From NCBI GenBank assembly GCA_050084985.1, contig JBITNC010000001.1:117366001-117430000 (forward strand): a stretch of DNA of 64,000 nucleotides, read 5' to 3'. Below, piece by piece: positions 13,123-26,989 of the stretch. The translations under genes and the position numbers were made by a program. Under the pieces are notes generated by a model. That model was not told the origin of the DNA and ran no database searches. It saw nothing but the letters and a program-made list of their open reading frames with translations. Position 1 is the first letter of the stretch. Each line of letters opens with the position of its first letter. The DNA is from Nageia nagi. Its lineage: Eukaryota > Plantae > Pinophyta.

Positions 13123-14375
13123 ATGTAGCTAGACATTTGAATATTTTCTCCAGAGACTATTTTATTTAATTGGTAAAAACTAATAATTGGTATTAGATAC
13201 TAGTGTGCTTATTCGGTATTCGATAAAAGGATTCTAATTCGAATAGGAGGAGATGGTAGAAGATAAAAAGTTCAAAGTGGAAAAATTCAATGGTTAGAAA
13301 TTTTAGTTTTAGCAAATTCAGATTGAAGACTACTTGTGTTTTATCTTATAGCTTCAGTGGCATTCAACATTTCTAAGGAGACAATTACGAAGGGTCTAAT
13401 GGACACACTAAAAAGGTTGTATGAAAATCCTTATACTTCAAATAAAGTATTTTTAGTGAAGCAACTTTATAATTTAAATATTATGCTAGAAGATGGATCT
13501 ATAGCTAGTCATTTAAATGAATTCAATACGGTTGCTAGTAAGTTAGCCTCTTGTAAAGTTAAAATAAAGAAAAATATGAAGACCATTTTATTCTTGTGTT
13601 CCTTACCTAATAGTTGGAAGAGCTTGGTAATAGCTATTAGTATTGTTTCTAGTATTATTTCTTTTGATAATGCAGTTAGTCCAATCCTTGGTCGTGAGTT
13701 ACAAAGGAAGAGCATAGGAGAGTCATCATCGAGTGTAGCACTAATTGCTAGAGTAAAACAGAGGGAAAAAGTAATCCATTTGGGAAAACATGGAGAGAAA
13801 TAAGATAGATATAGGTCTAAGGGAAATATGGAGTGCTATTTGGTCTCGAAATGGAGATGAAGGAGAAGAGTTAGAGGCATACATGACTAGTACATTATTT
13901 TAAGATGCCTTGATACTTTCTTAAGACTATCAAGTGAAATTGACCAAATAGTAGGATCTGTGAGTGAGAGGCATGTCCAAGAAGATGGACATGATTCATG
14001 ATTTATTTTATGATATAAGGATGGAACACATAATATAGTTATATCTTTGGATCATTGTGATCCCATGTCCCTATGTTGAAAGGTAATTACACTCTTGGGG
14101 AGTATGCTTTCAAAGCTAGTAGCAAAGCCATATTATGTGTGTGCATGTTATGAATCATCTATAGTATGTAGATATTGCCATGGTGGTGATGTTTAATTCA
14201 TCATGTTATATAATAATTTTGAGGATGTTATTATTATCACTGATTTGTGGTAGGTAGATTATGTGTTGCTTGTTGATCAAAGGATAAAAGTATGTGGAGG
14301 ACACTAGTTTGGTGTGATGATTCAAAGCATGGATACAATAGTATGGAGGAGTTGACATCCCTTGGTTGGTTGAAA
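13123..14375 (+). mobile_element. Gag-only Copia element, internal fragment (end of 5' LTR, PBS, gag pseudogene)
   Basis: PBS TGGTATTAGA at ~13188. ORF 13336-13803 has UBN2-type gag motifs ([26 protein letters not shown]). Confidence 0.88.
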
Positions 14376-15224
14376 AGTTTTCGGATTTAGGCTTGAAAAT
14401 GTGGCTTGGTTAATTGACACTTAGCCTTGAACCTACAAGTATATGTCCACGGTAAGTTTAATGGAAAATCTCAACTTCATGCATATGTTTGATGGAGTTT
14501 TGGGTAGAATTTTTTCATTAAATTAAAATCCATTATAGATTAAAGAGAGTAGATTTAGAATATGTAATGTTTTTTTACAATTGGATAAATTTTATATTTT
14601 TTAATTATTTTTTAGTAAATGTGGTCCATATGCTTGAAATATGAGGGTCTCATATTTTTCTTAATATTTTTTATTTTTGATGGAGTTTTGAAAAACAAAT
14701 TATACAAGGAAAAGCTTCATAGAATTCTCTATAATAATAAAAAAAATTGAAAAAGGATTAAGTTTAGATCAAATTATGGTGGATAGATATGAGTACTTTT
14801 CGAAACCACAAACATGCCCGATACAAAATTAATAAAAAAACTATTTATTCAAAAATTATAGAAAAATATCCAAAACAAGCTCTAATGTGTTAGGTATATT
14901 TTCCTAAAAGGATTTTAAAAAATACCTTGATTTTAGTTAAATTATGATGAATGGACACGTGTATGGTATGGTCTAAAAACATTTTTTTAAATAGTGATTT
15001 TTTTTCATCTTATCGAATTTTAAATTCTATGATCTGGGTATTGGAAAACATTATATATTTGAAAATTAGACTCTTAGGACTACATTTTCACCTTATTGAT
15101 CTTTTTCATGATTCTATGTCTAAGTGCTTCAATTTTAGAGATCAATCATACCCAAACTTGAAAATCAAGAAAAACACTTCCACTTTTTGGTCTTAAAGTG
15201 CACCCAACTTCTTGCACCCACTCG
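14376..15224. mobile_element. Left-truncated second copy of the TIR element
   Basis: Near-identical to 9270-10093, with the intact right TIR at ~15190-15224. Confidence 0.8.
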
Positions 15225-16388
15225 ACATCTATCTTGAATATATTGATAACTCTTGACATTTTTAGAAATATATCTAAGATATCTAAGCTAATTATTATAC
15301 TAAAGAAATATAATGTGTTATAATTTCTATTGCCTATTTATTATGTTATGTTTCATATTTATTTGAAATTTATTAAGTTCTTTAAACTGATTTGAGTGGA
15401 TTCAACATGATCATTTTTCAAGAAGTTTGACTAAGAGTGTTGTAATAAATTTCTTCCATTAGGTAAACATCATAAATAATAATTAGGATTGATCATCTTA
15501 TATTTGACAAGTATTAGTGAACCCTCACATGTCCCTTTCTAATTTAAAGGGATCTAAGGCTTTATAGGTCACACTTATGTGAAATAGCTAGATGCTTACA
15601 TCTATTCTTTATTTTACTCTTTTTACATCCAATTATAGTTCAAATTCTATCTATTTCAATGGGGAAAAAGTAGAAACTTAATTATATATTTATTTTTAGA
15701 TTTTATAAATATATGCAAATTTAAATTTAGATTTTACATATTTATTTACTTAACATATATTTATTCATTATTTGATCTGTTGAACATGAATTTGAATTAA
15801 ATTTTGAACATCCTAGACCTAGTTTTAACATCTTCTTTGTATGGGTGATTAACATGATTTTGTATAGTTCATTCGGGTAAATTGAAATGTACCCTATGTA
15901 CATTGAAAGGTACTTCATTTGGGATCTTTTAAGAAATATCATTAGTATGTTGCACCATATCTGAGATTGTTTATCTTGATTTACTTTCCATTTTGTTACA
16001 TTCATCTAAGTTAGAATTGCATTTAGATTTATTTAAACATAATTTAGATTTATTTAAAATATATATATTTTTTATTTAAATTTAATCAAGTCCTTTTAAA
16101 ACATCAAATCTTCTCTAATTGCAGAATCATATCTTTAACTATTTTACATTATTTTTAAAATAAGAAAACTTTATATTAAATTTTTTTCATTTTTTATATA
16201 AATTTATGCATTGAACATAAATTATTCTTGCTTAAATATTATATCGTTAAAAAATTTATTAAATTAAAAAATATTTAGCATATATTAAATGAAAATAGAT
16301 ATCCTATCATCAATATCAATTGTTTTTCTTCAAAAGAAACCCTCATAATTCAATTTTCTTAACATTATCCATAAAGTAAAATTAAAAG

Positions 16389-19300
16389 CCCACCATTTCT
16401 ATCATACCTTGGTGAGCCCTGAACTTACATCAGCCTGCCTGGCCTCTATTGCCCATCAAAAATCACCCTATCATATTCTTCCCCACTTTAAAAGGGTGGC
16501 AACCTGACACCAGGTAAGTCAGGAATACGCATGTCCATGTGCTTCTTGTATTCAGCATACCATGTTCATGTACATACACAAAAGTCCTAAGGGTTTTTTT
16601 GGGACCATGGCATCCAAATGCCATCTTTGGCAAAAAGATTTACCCACACACAAGGCATCCTAGATAGTCAAGATAGCCAAACTTCTTCAATGCCAAGGAC
16701 TTAACTAATAACTATCTAAACTATCTTATAAAGCTAATTTTTCTAACCAACAGTAGCACTGGTTAACACGAGGGTGTGTGGTCACACTCTTTCCTTTTTC
16801 CACTAATCTCATCCATCCATATTCTTTACACTATGATCCATTTTTCCATCCATAATTGGCACCAAAACTAGCTAACAAGGCTTCATGAAGACATTGCCTA
16901 AGGAAATAGTCTAGGCACTACCCAAATCAAGCCAAACTTACCTTGAAATAGCACTGTTGCCTTCCATGCATATGACTAACCTATTGTTCATTATATATCT
17001 TGCACTAACTAGAGCTTACATGAATCAACACAAGCTTAGCCTCTATGTTGTGCATGACCAAAAGCATAAATAAACCCATCTCATTTACTTGAATTTTCAA
17101 CCAATGAATTGTGTTCACCTAGCACAGGAAATTACCTATGGTTTCACTTCTAAGCTGGGTCCAATCCATGACTAGTAAATAACCATTATTCTGGCTAAGA
17201 CACATTCCCATGATGCCTGCTCAACCTTGGAACATATTGAATATACAAGCATAATGAAGGATCCAACACATGTATGTTTACACAATATGGATACGTGTTC
17301 ACCTAAGATTATCATGCCTTAAATGTGACCTACCTAAGCCATACCCAATCCATGAATCTAGCACCAATTCTAGTCACATGATTTTTAGCATCATCATTAC
17401 AACTACTTGACATATCGCTTTCACTAAGGCAACCATTCCTATCATCTGTGATCCATTTACCCTTTAAAATTTTCAACTTCCAAATTCGTGTTCATTACTA
17501 CCTTGTCAATGAATCTTTAACAACACATAAAGGGTAACATTCACTAGCACCCACTATAGTGCATTGACCTAGGAGGGAGGGGTCAACAAGATCCACCAAC
17601 CAACCACATATAAATGAAGGCCTTAGAGATGCACCATCTCGTTATGAGCACCTTGAGTAATGATCACACCAATCTAGAGCTATGGTTCAAATCAACCACC
17701 ATATACACAAGCAAGTGCAAACCATGGTGATAACATTACTTTGGCCGAACAAACCTATATGACTATGTCTCATATAGATAGTTTACATCATTATGTCCCT
17801 TGTAATGGATCTATGCTCACCACTTAGCCACTATCCTTCATGCTTCCAAGCTAACCAAGGGGTTTCTGATGATCGAGCATAATAGTACCATATTCTTGGA
17901 AAACCAATGACACATTTATCCACTTGGGTAGCTCAACACCCCTACCATGTACGTACGTACCATGCAAGTTGGGAGCATGGAACCATCTTGCACAAATTGA
18001 TCTAGCCATTGTTCCTCTATATAGGATCCCCCTAACCATATGAGTGGTAACTAGATTCATCAACCATTTCACACATCGCTCAACTAGAGGCACCTCATAA
18101 GGAATGCTCATACTACCCCATAGAGTACAATTGCATGTAGCTCAATCTCAAGGCAACATTGCTAGCTCCAAGTCCATCAATAGGTTTCATACCTTCAAAA
18201 TATTTGCTAACACACCATAATAACTAGGTCATAGTATTTCATGCCACACCTGGCACTCTACTCTTCATTGATCCTTGGATACATCTAAGTTTTCCTTGGG
18301 CACACTGCCAAGTTCCCAAGATATGTAGTTTGAGCTTTCCTTGTTGCTAGTGGCACTATGCTCATCAACTCATGTGCTCGAATATTACCAACAAACCTAT
18401 ATCATACATATCTCAAGTTATTTCACCTCAACATCATCATTTCCATTATGATCTCCATTGAGTTAGCTAGGGTATCCCCAAAAATAGATATGGTCATCTG
18501 ACCAAGTTAGCCATGGTTTCTCCAAAACCTTTCTTGGAATTCACTAAGTTAACCACGGTTCATCTAAGGCACCATCATAAAAAATAAAATACATACCTGC
18601 TATGAAGTAAACTAATACCTATCGAAGAGGTTTTAGCAACCAAGGGCCCCTTACCTACTTCAAATAAAGGGACAATTGGTGATGGCTTGACACTTGTCTA
18701 GTCTGTTCATGATCACACCAAGATGACATGACTTGGACCCCCAAATAGGCTTCCACCTCATGCTCCATGGACAAGGCTAGTGGCACCCTAACAAGAATGC
18801 CTAACTGACCCTTGGGTACACCAATATGTAGCCTAGCTTGCTATGGTATGAGCTCAACATGGTCTGATTGAACTACCTTAGCTTAGGAATCAATGCACAT
18901 GAACCACCCCTTCAATTCACACTCTTCAAGATTTGAGACCTGGATCATGATACTAAGGCTATCAATAGCCCACCATGTCTATCATACCATGGTGAGCCAT
19001 GGATGCACATTGACCTACCTAGCCTTTTATCATCCATTGGAACTCACCTTGTCATAATATCCCCCACTTTAAACTAGTGGCCACCCAACACTAAGTAAGC
19101 TGAGAAGATGCACATCCATGTGCTCCTTGGATCCAACATATTGTATTTGAGTATGTACATAGAATTACTAGGGATTCTATAGGGAACATGGTGTTTAAAT
19201 GCCATATCTAGTAGAATAATTGACCCACACACAAGGCATCTTGGATAGTAGAGATAGCCAAACTTCTTCAATACCAAAGACTCAACCTCAACCAATGACC

Positions 19301-19390
19301 ATTTAAACTAGCTTATAAAGCCCTTTTTTTTGACCAACAATAACATCAATTAATATGAGGGTCCATGGTTACACTCTTTCCTTTTGGCAC
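16389..19390. repeat. R2.6 repeat, ~1.15 units (shows the tandem period)
   Basis: GCCCACCAT..TATCATACC.TGGTGAGCC occurs at ~16388 and again at ~18968, a period of ~2580 bp. Confidence 0.9.
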
Positions 19391-19393
19391 ATG

Positions 19394-20783
19394 TTAATGA
19401 GGTTAATCGAGAATCATCCATATGTAGGTTAATCAAATGAATCTTAGCCCACATGTAACTACCACATGTTAGTCGATATCAAAGGTTAATTGAATGTTGG
19501 TTAATCTTGCATAATTAAAAGGCATTTCGATCAGATTAATTGAAAGGTTAATCAAACGATACTTAACCCACACGTCATTACCACACATTAGTCAATATTA
19601 GGGGTTAATTGAACATTGGTTAATGAAATGTAATCAAAAAGTGTTTAGACCAAATTAAGTGAAAGATATTTCTAGAAAGGTTAATCAAACATTGTAAACA
19701 AAGTTCGATTAATCCAAGATGGGCATGAGGGGATTCATTCCATGATAGGCATGACTCGATGATCCATGTGCATGGAGGGTTAAATGAAGCATGTTTAGTT
19801 AGGGATAATCAAAGTTTGTTAAACCTCCATGGCATGGCTTGTTGAGTCATGCATACAAACCGATGGAACAATGTATCAGAATACAAGAGGATTTCTAAAA
19901 GCTAAATAACCAATGTCTTTTTGTAAATATTATTTTATGAAGATCATTTTAATAAATATGTTATTTTTTAAGACTATTTTAATAATTTTCCCTTAAATTA
20001 ATGCAAAATTAATCACTATAAAGTAATTTTTAGATAGCTAAAAATGCTCATTTCAATTATGATAGGAGTTGATGGTCTATGTGAAATGAAACCCACACTA
20101 AAATTATATAGATACAAGTTATGGGACAGAAACCCACACTGCCATCAACTCTTTTGCCCAAATTTCCACCACTATGTTCTGCTCACTTCATCAGCATGGC
20201 CCACATAACAACCTACCAAACTACACAATTGAATAACCCCCAACACTAGGGAAGAGCACCCAGTACTTGGCGCATTTTAGGGTTATTATATATGATGACG
20301 ATGATTCAAAACTTTTAGTTACAAGAACATAAAAAGAAGAGGAATAAATTATAAAAAACTTAAAGGGAGTTGATTTTTTAAATCAAATTTTCAGAATTGA
20401 CTTTATTAAGATGAATTTCAAGAATGATAAAGTTAAAATGCACAACCACTCGCTCATCTCTCTAGTAGTCATTAAGTATTCCATTTAGCCCTTGCATAAA
20501 TAGCTTATAAGAAGTCAAATGTGTAGTAGTCAGACGATGTGGATATGACAATTCACAACGTATCTTGAAATCCCAACGTTCATGATAATTCATGACATAC
20601 CCAACGTCAAAGGAACTCTCAACCTTCCTTGAACAGATAATACATCTGTATGTTGTACAAAATTTTCAAACATATGATGTTAGATTCAAGTTGCTCTTTG
20701 TCATACAAATCACTATTTCTGACTGTGTGGATAGGGAATCTAATCTACCATCAATTAAAAGTGATTGGGTAGATAGCCTTTAG
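19394..20783. repeat. Blocks B+C, second copy
   Basis: Colinear with 2402-3810. Same R2.6-to-B junction as at 2400. Confidence 0.88.
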
Positions 20784-20784
20784 T

Positions 20785-22677
20785 TGTTGTATTGAGAGGG
20801 CTTTAGAGGAGAGAAAGTGTATGGGAAGAATTCATGTATTTTCATTGAGGAAGAATTGTAGCTTTGGTATAGGATTGGATCCCACCCATCAGAGGAAGAA
20901 TACAAAGAGTGAAATGTTTCAAGGGATGTAGTCCATATAATGGGTGAACCTCTTACATGCTTATGTTAGCTGTATTTCTTTGTGTGAATTCTATTTTATT
21001 TTTCTCATGTAGCTAGACATTTGAATATTTTCTCGAGAGACTATTTTATTTAATTGGTAAAAACTAACAACTAGTATTAGATACTGGTTTGCTTGTTGGG
21101 TATTTGACAAAAGGATTATAATTTGAATAGAAGGAGATGGCAAAAGAAAAAAAAATTAGAGTGGAGAAATTCGATGGTTAGAACTTTCAATTTTAGCGAA
21201 TTCAGATTGAAGACTACTTGTGTTGTGTCTTATAGCTTCAGTGGCATTCAAAATTTCTAAGGAGACAATTATGAAGGGTCTAATAAACACACTAAGAAGG
21301 GTCTAATAAACACACTAAAAATGTTGTATGAAAATCCTTATACTTCAAATAGCTTTTAGTATTATTTTTGGTATTATTTCTTTTGATAATGTGGTAAGTC
21401 TAGTACTTGGTCATGAGTTACGAAGGAAGAGCATAGGAGAGTCATCATCTGGTGTAGCACTGATTGCTAGAGGAAGATAGAGGAAAAGAGGAATGCATTT
21501 GGGAAAATGTGGAGAGAAACTAAATAGATCTAGGTCTAAGGGAAAGATGGAGTGCTATTTGGTCTCAGAATGGAGATGAAGGAGAAGAGTTAGAGGCATA
21601 CATGACTAGTGTGTTGTTCTAAGATTCCTTGATACTTTCTTAAGATTGTCAAGGGGAGATTGACCAAATAGTGGGAGCTGTGAGTGAGAGGCATGTCCAG
21701 GAAGATGGACATGATTCATGATTTAAAGATGGAACACATAATATAGTCATATCTTTGGATCATTGTGATCCCAAGTCCCTAAGTTGAAAGGTAATTCCAC
21801 TATCGGGGAGTATGCTTTCAAAGCTAGTAGCAAAGCCATATTATGTGTGTGCATGTTATGGATCATTTATAGTATGTAGATCTTGCCATGGTGGTGATGT
21901 TTGATTCACCATGTTATGTAGTAATTTTGAGGATGTTATTATTATCATTGATTTGTGGTAGGTAGATTGTGTGTTGCTTGTTGATCAAAGGATGAAAGTA
22001 TGTGGAGTACACTAGTCTCGTGTGATGGTTCAAAGCATGGATACAATAGTATGGAGGGTTGATATCCCTTGGTTGGTTGAAGAGTTATCTAGAATGAATA
22101 CTAGGAGCAGTGGAGTTGTTGTGGAGGAGATGCTTTCCTAGGGTGGTTGGAGTGTCATCTTTAGCGGATGCAGTAATGGTATAATTGTTATGAATCAATA
22201 TCCAAGTGGGAGATTGTTGGCTATGGAGAATGATCTGAGTTTAGTTGAGTGAACTTGTTGTTAAGTTGCTTAACTTATGGACCTAGTTGGCATGAATCTC
22301 CTCCTGGATGGATGTACACTCCAGTTAATGCATGATAGATGAATCTATTTTAGGATGAGAATTCTTAAATATAGAATTTACATGTATTGAAAAAATATAG
22401 TTTGAGATGAGTGCATTGTATTCAGATTGTTTGAGAGGAGAGAAAGTGAATGGGAGGAATTCACTATAGTTGATTTGCTACAAGATTGGATACCATTGGA
22501 GGAAGAATACAAAGAGTGAAATTCTTTAGGGGATGTAGCACATATATTGGGTAAACCTCTTACATGCTTGTGTTATCTATAATTCTATATGTGAATTCTA
22601 TTTTGCTTTTCTTTTGTAGTTAGAAATCTGAATATTTTCTCCAAATACTATTTTTATTTAATTAGTAAAAACTAATT
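20785..22677 (+). mobile_element. Gag-only Copia element, 5' LTR truncated
   Basis: Partial 5' LTR ends at 21069. Decayed PBS, then gag ATG at 21137 with an internal deletion. PPT CCAAGTGGGAGAT, 3' LTR 22215-22677, then AAGTA. Confidence 0.9.
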
Positions 22678-23589
22678 AAGTAGAAGTATAATCGTAAATA
22701 TAGATACTCAGTTATATGTTTTATTTTGAATTTTACAAATATAAGTAAACTTAAGTTTAGACTTCACATATATTTAACATATATTTATTGATTGCTTGAT
22801 CTATAGAACATGACTTTGAATTAGATTTTGAATATCCTAGATCTAGTTGTAATATCTTCTTTCTATAGGTGATATGCTTTTGCATAGTTCAATTGGGTGA
22901 ATTCAAATATACCTTATGTACATTGGAAGGTAATTCGTTTGCGATATTTTGAAATGTACCATTAGGATGTTGCAACATATTTATATCTAGGATTTTTATT
23001 TATATTTGTACTCCATCTTCTTTCATTCATCCACGTTAGAATTGCATTTAGATTTACTTAAACATAATTTATACCTATTTAAAATTATAATTGTTATTAT
23101 TTAAATGTAAACAAGTACTTTTTAAAACATCCAAGCTTCTTTAGTTGAAGAATCTTTAACTATTTTTTATTTTTGATATGTATTTTATTATCTTCATAAG
23201 TTCAACATAAATTACTCTTATTTACATATCACAACTTTTAAAATTTTGTTAAATTAAAACCTTTTAGCATATATTAAGAGAAAATAGATATTCTATCACC
23301 AATATCAATATTTTTTTTTAATACCCTCGTATTCAAGTTTCTTAATATTATCCTCAGAGTAAAAATAAAATGGAACAAAAACAAAGTGAAATTATAGTAA
23401 AGCTATCGCAAGCTGGTGACTAATAAGACCATTTCAAAACCAAAGAATATATTCTGATTTAGTTGTGCACCGTCATTCCAAACGAGTCAATTATACAGCT
23501 TTGATTTAATATACATATCACTTTCCAACTTTTGTTTTTGATTTTGAACTTTGTGTTTTTAATCCATTCCCATATCATGCAATGGAATT

Positions 23590-25320
23590 GCATTTTTTTG
23601 CATGTAGAGCTATTTTGATAGGCTTAGAAGACGACTCTTCTTACAGATAAATCACGTCATACGGCACGGGAGTTGAATGTTTATGTTTATAGTAATTTAG
23701 GATAAAAGGAATGAATTATAGAAATTTATTACGTGAAAATTTGTTAATAGTTTTTTTTTTTTTTTTTTGGGTTATAATTTATTTATTTTTAATTTGATAA
23801 AATTTAAGGTAATTTGATTTAGTGTATGTATTATATTTTAAAAAAAAATGATATTTTACAAAAAATTGAATTATTTTTAATAGGTATATGAATATTGTCC
23901 TTTGTAAAATTAGTTTTTTATTCTCTTAAGTTTTATGGCGTTTTTATCTTTAGTAATTTGTAGAATAGTAATTGGAATTTGACGGGTACAAGTTTCTTGA
24001 CAATTATCAAACCACATCAAATAAATATTAAAATGAAGATTACTTTGAATGAAGGATCATATTAATTTATTCATGTTCATGAAAAGAATAGGATAGGCTT
24101 AAGGCAAAGGTTATAAGGAATGAATTATAGAAATTTATGATGTGAAAATTTGTTAATAGGTTTTTTTTTTTTTTTTTTTGTAGAATAGTAATTGGAATTT
24201 GACAGGTAGTAGTTTCTTGACAATTATCAAACACATCAAACAAATATTAAAATGAAGATTACTTTGAATGAAGGATCATATTATATAATAAACCAATTGA
24301 TTGTTATAGTTAAAATTCAAATTGTACATCAAAGATCATATGATGATAATGAAATATGGACCGTTAAATATGCTTTTATCTTGTCATTAACAAATGTATT
24401 TAAAGATATGAATCAAGGATTATATATTAAGAGATGAGAATTACATTCAAGCCCATAAAATGATTTTAGTCTCATACAATTTTCTTAATGATCTAGAGAT
24501 TAAAAAATTAATAGATGGATTAATATGAAAAGTCAAGTGATAAGTACCATTTAGTAACATTAACATTTAGTAATTTTTTTGCATGTAGAGCTATTTTGAT
24601 AGGCTTAAAGACGACTCTTCTTACATATAAATCACGTCATACGGCATGGGAGTCGAATGTTTATGTTTATAGTAATTTAGGATAAAAGGAATGAATTATA
24701 GAAATTTATTATGTGAAAATTTGTTAATAGTTTTTTTTTTTTTTTTTTGGGTTATAATTTATTTATTTTTAATTTGATAAAATTTAAGGTAATTTGATTT
24801 AGAGTATGTATTATATTTTTTTTAAAAAAATGATATTTTACAAAAAATTGAATTATTTTTAATAGGTATATGAATATTGTCCTTTGTAAAATTAGTTTTT
24901 TATTCTCTTAAGTTTTATGGCGTTTTTATCTTTAGTAATTTGTAGAATAGTAATTGGAATTTGACGGGTAGAAGTTTCTTGACAATTATCAAACCACATC
25001 AAATAAATATTAAAATGAAGATTACTTTGAATGAAGGATCATATTATATAATAAACCAATTGATTGTTATAGTTAAAATTCAAGTTGCATATCAAAGATC
25101 ATATGATGATAATGAAATATGGACCTTTAAATATGCTTTTATGTTGTCATTGACAAATGTATTTAATGATATGAATCAAGGATTAAATATTAAGGGATGA
25201 GAATTATATTCAAGCCATAAAATGATTTTAGTCTCATACAATTTTTTTTAATGATCTAGAGATTAAAAAAATTAATAGATGAATTAATATGAAAACTCAA
25301 GTGATAAATACCATAAAGTC
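23590..25320. repeat. Recent local ~1-kb tandem duplication of E-F with an embedded partial third copy
   Basis: 23590-24060 is near-identical to 24575-25045. ORFs 24252-24437 and 24961-25200 are paralogous. Confidence 0.88.
24945..25200 (+). pseudogene. RPA1/OB-fold-like pseudo-exon, longest open copy
   Basis: ORF 24961-25200: GRSFLTIIKPHQINIKMKITLNEGSYYIINQLIV. Confidence 0.5.
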
Positions 25321-26989
25321 ACATTAACAAAAGAAGAGGAGGATAAAATGGTACTTTCAATATTTAAGGATTCTATACATATTAAAATAATAATAAATCA
25401 GTTTGAAAACATTTACGATATTTATGTAAAGGTAATATTAATGAATCTTATTATTCTAAATATACAATAGTGGTTTTTAAATTATATTATTGGATTTTAG
25501 AATTGTAATTTAGGTCTCCTTATTACTATAAATTATCAAAGATCAAATAAATATGATCACAAAAAGTATATTTGAAATGCTATAAGCTTATTTCATGTTT
25601 GACTCTCTCAATATATGATCAAAACCCCTTAATCTCAATTTTTGGTCTTAGAAAATAATGAAAATATAATACAACTGCTAAAAACATATAAGAAGAATTA
25701 TAAATAGATAATTACCTAATTTTATATGAAAAAATGATTTGAAATAAGATAAATAGGGTGTGGAGAACTCAAATATGTGTTATATAAATATATATCAGCC
25801 AAATTTCAATAATTCGATTAAAAATAATAATAGTTGGTTAAAAAAAGAAAAAAGAAAACAAAAATCTAGCTTAGATATCTTACATATATGTCAAAAAATA
25901 GTGAGATGTCAATCTTGAGGTATTTATATTGAATATCTTGATATCTCTTGACATTTTTAGATATATATCTAAGATATATCTAAGCTAGTTATTATACTAA
26001 TGAAAGATAATGTGTTATAATTTCTATCATTTATTTATCATGTTATGTTTCATATTCATTTGACATTTATTAAGTTCTTTAAACTAATTTGAGTGGATTC
26101 AACATGATCCTTTTTCAAGGATTTTGACTAAGAATGTTGTAATAAATTTCTTCCCTTAGATAAACATCATAAATAATAATTAGGATTGATCATTTTATGT
26201 TTGACATCAAGTTTTAGTGAACTCTCATATGTCCCTTTCTAACTTAAAGGAATCTAAGGCTTTACAGGTCACACTCATGTGAAATAAGTAGTTGCTTACA
26301 TATATTCATTATTTTACTCTTTTTAAATCCAATTATAGTTCAACTTGTTTCTATTTCAATGGGGCAAAAGTAGAAACTTAATTATATATTTTTATTTTAG
26401 ATTTTATAAATATATACAAATTTAAATTAAGATTTTACATATTTATTTACTTAACATATAATTATTCATTATGTGATCTATTGAACATGACTTTGAATTA
26501 GATTTTGAACATTCTAGACCTAGTTTTAATATATTCTTTGTATGGGTGATTAACATGATTTGCATAGTTCAATTGAGTAAATTGAAATGTACCCATGTAC
26601 ATTGAAGGGTACTTCATTTGGGATCTTTTGAGACATACCATTAGTATGTTGCAACATATCTAAGATTGTTTATCTTGATTTACTTTCCATTTTGTTATAG
26701 TTATTTATGTTAGAATTGCATTTAGATTTATTTAAACATAATTTAGATTTATTTAAAATTATATTTTTTATATTTAAATATAATCAAGGCCTTTTAAAAC
26801 ATCAAAGCTTCTTTAATTGAAGAATCATATCTTTAACTATTTTACATTTTTTTTAAATGAGAAAAATTTATATTAAAATTTTTGCATTTTTTATATAACT
26901 TTATGCATTCAATATAAATTATTCTTGCTTACATATTATATCTTTATAAACTTTATTAAATTAAGAACATTTAACTTATATTAAATTGT

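Noticed and set aside
10592-16005. Recurrent minus-strand ORFs in D/D' (6853, 10592, 15742, 60099)
   Set aside because: Recurrence reflects duplication. D and D' use different frames in part and no family was recognised. A decayed gene cannot be excluded.
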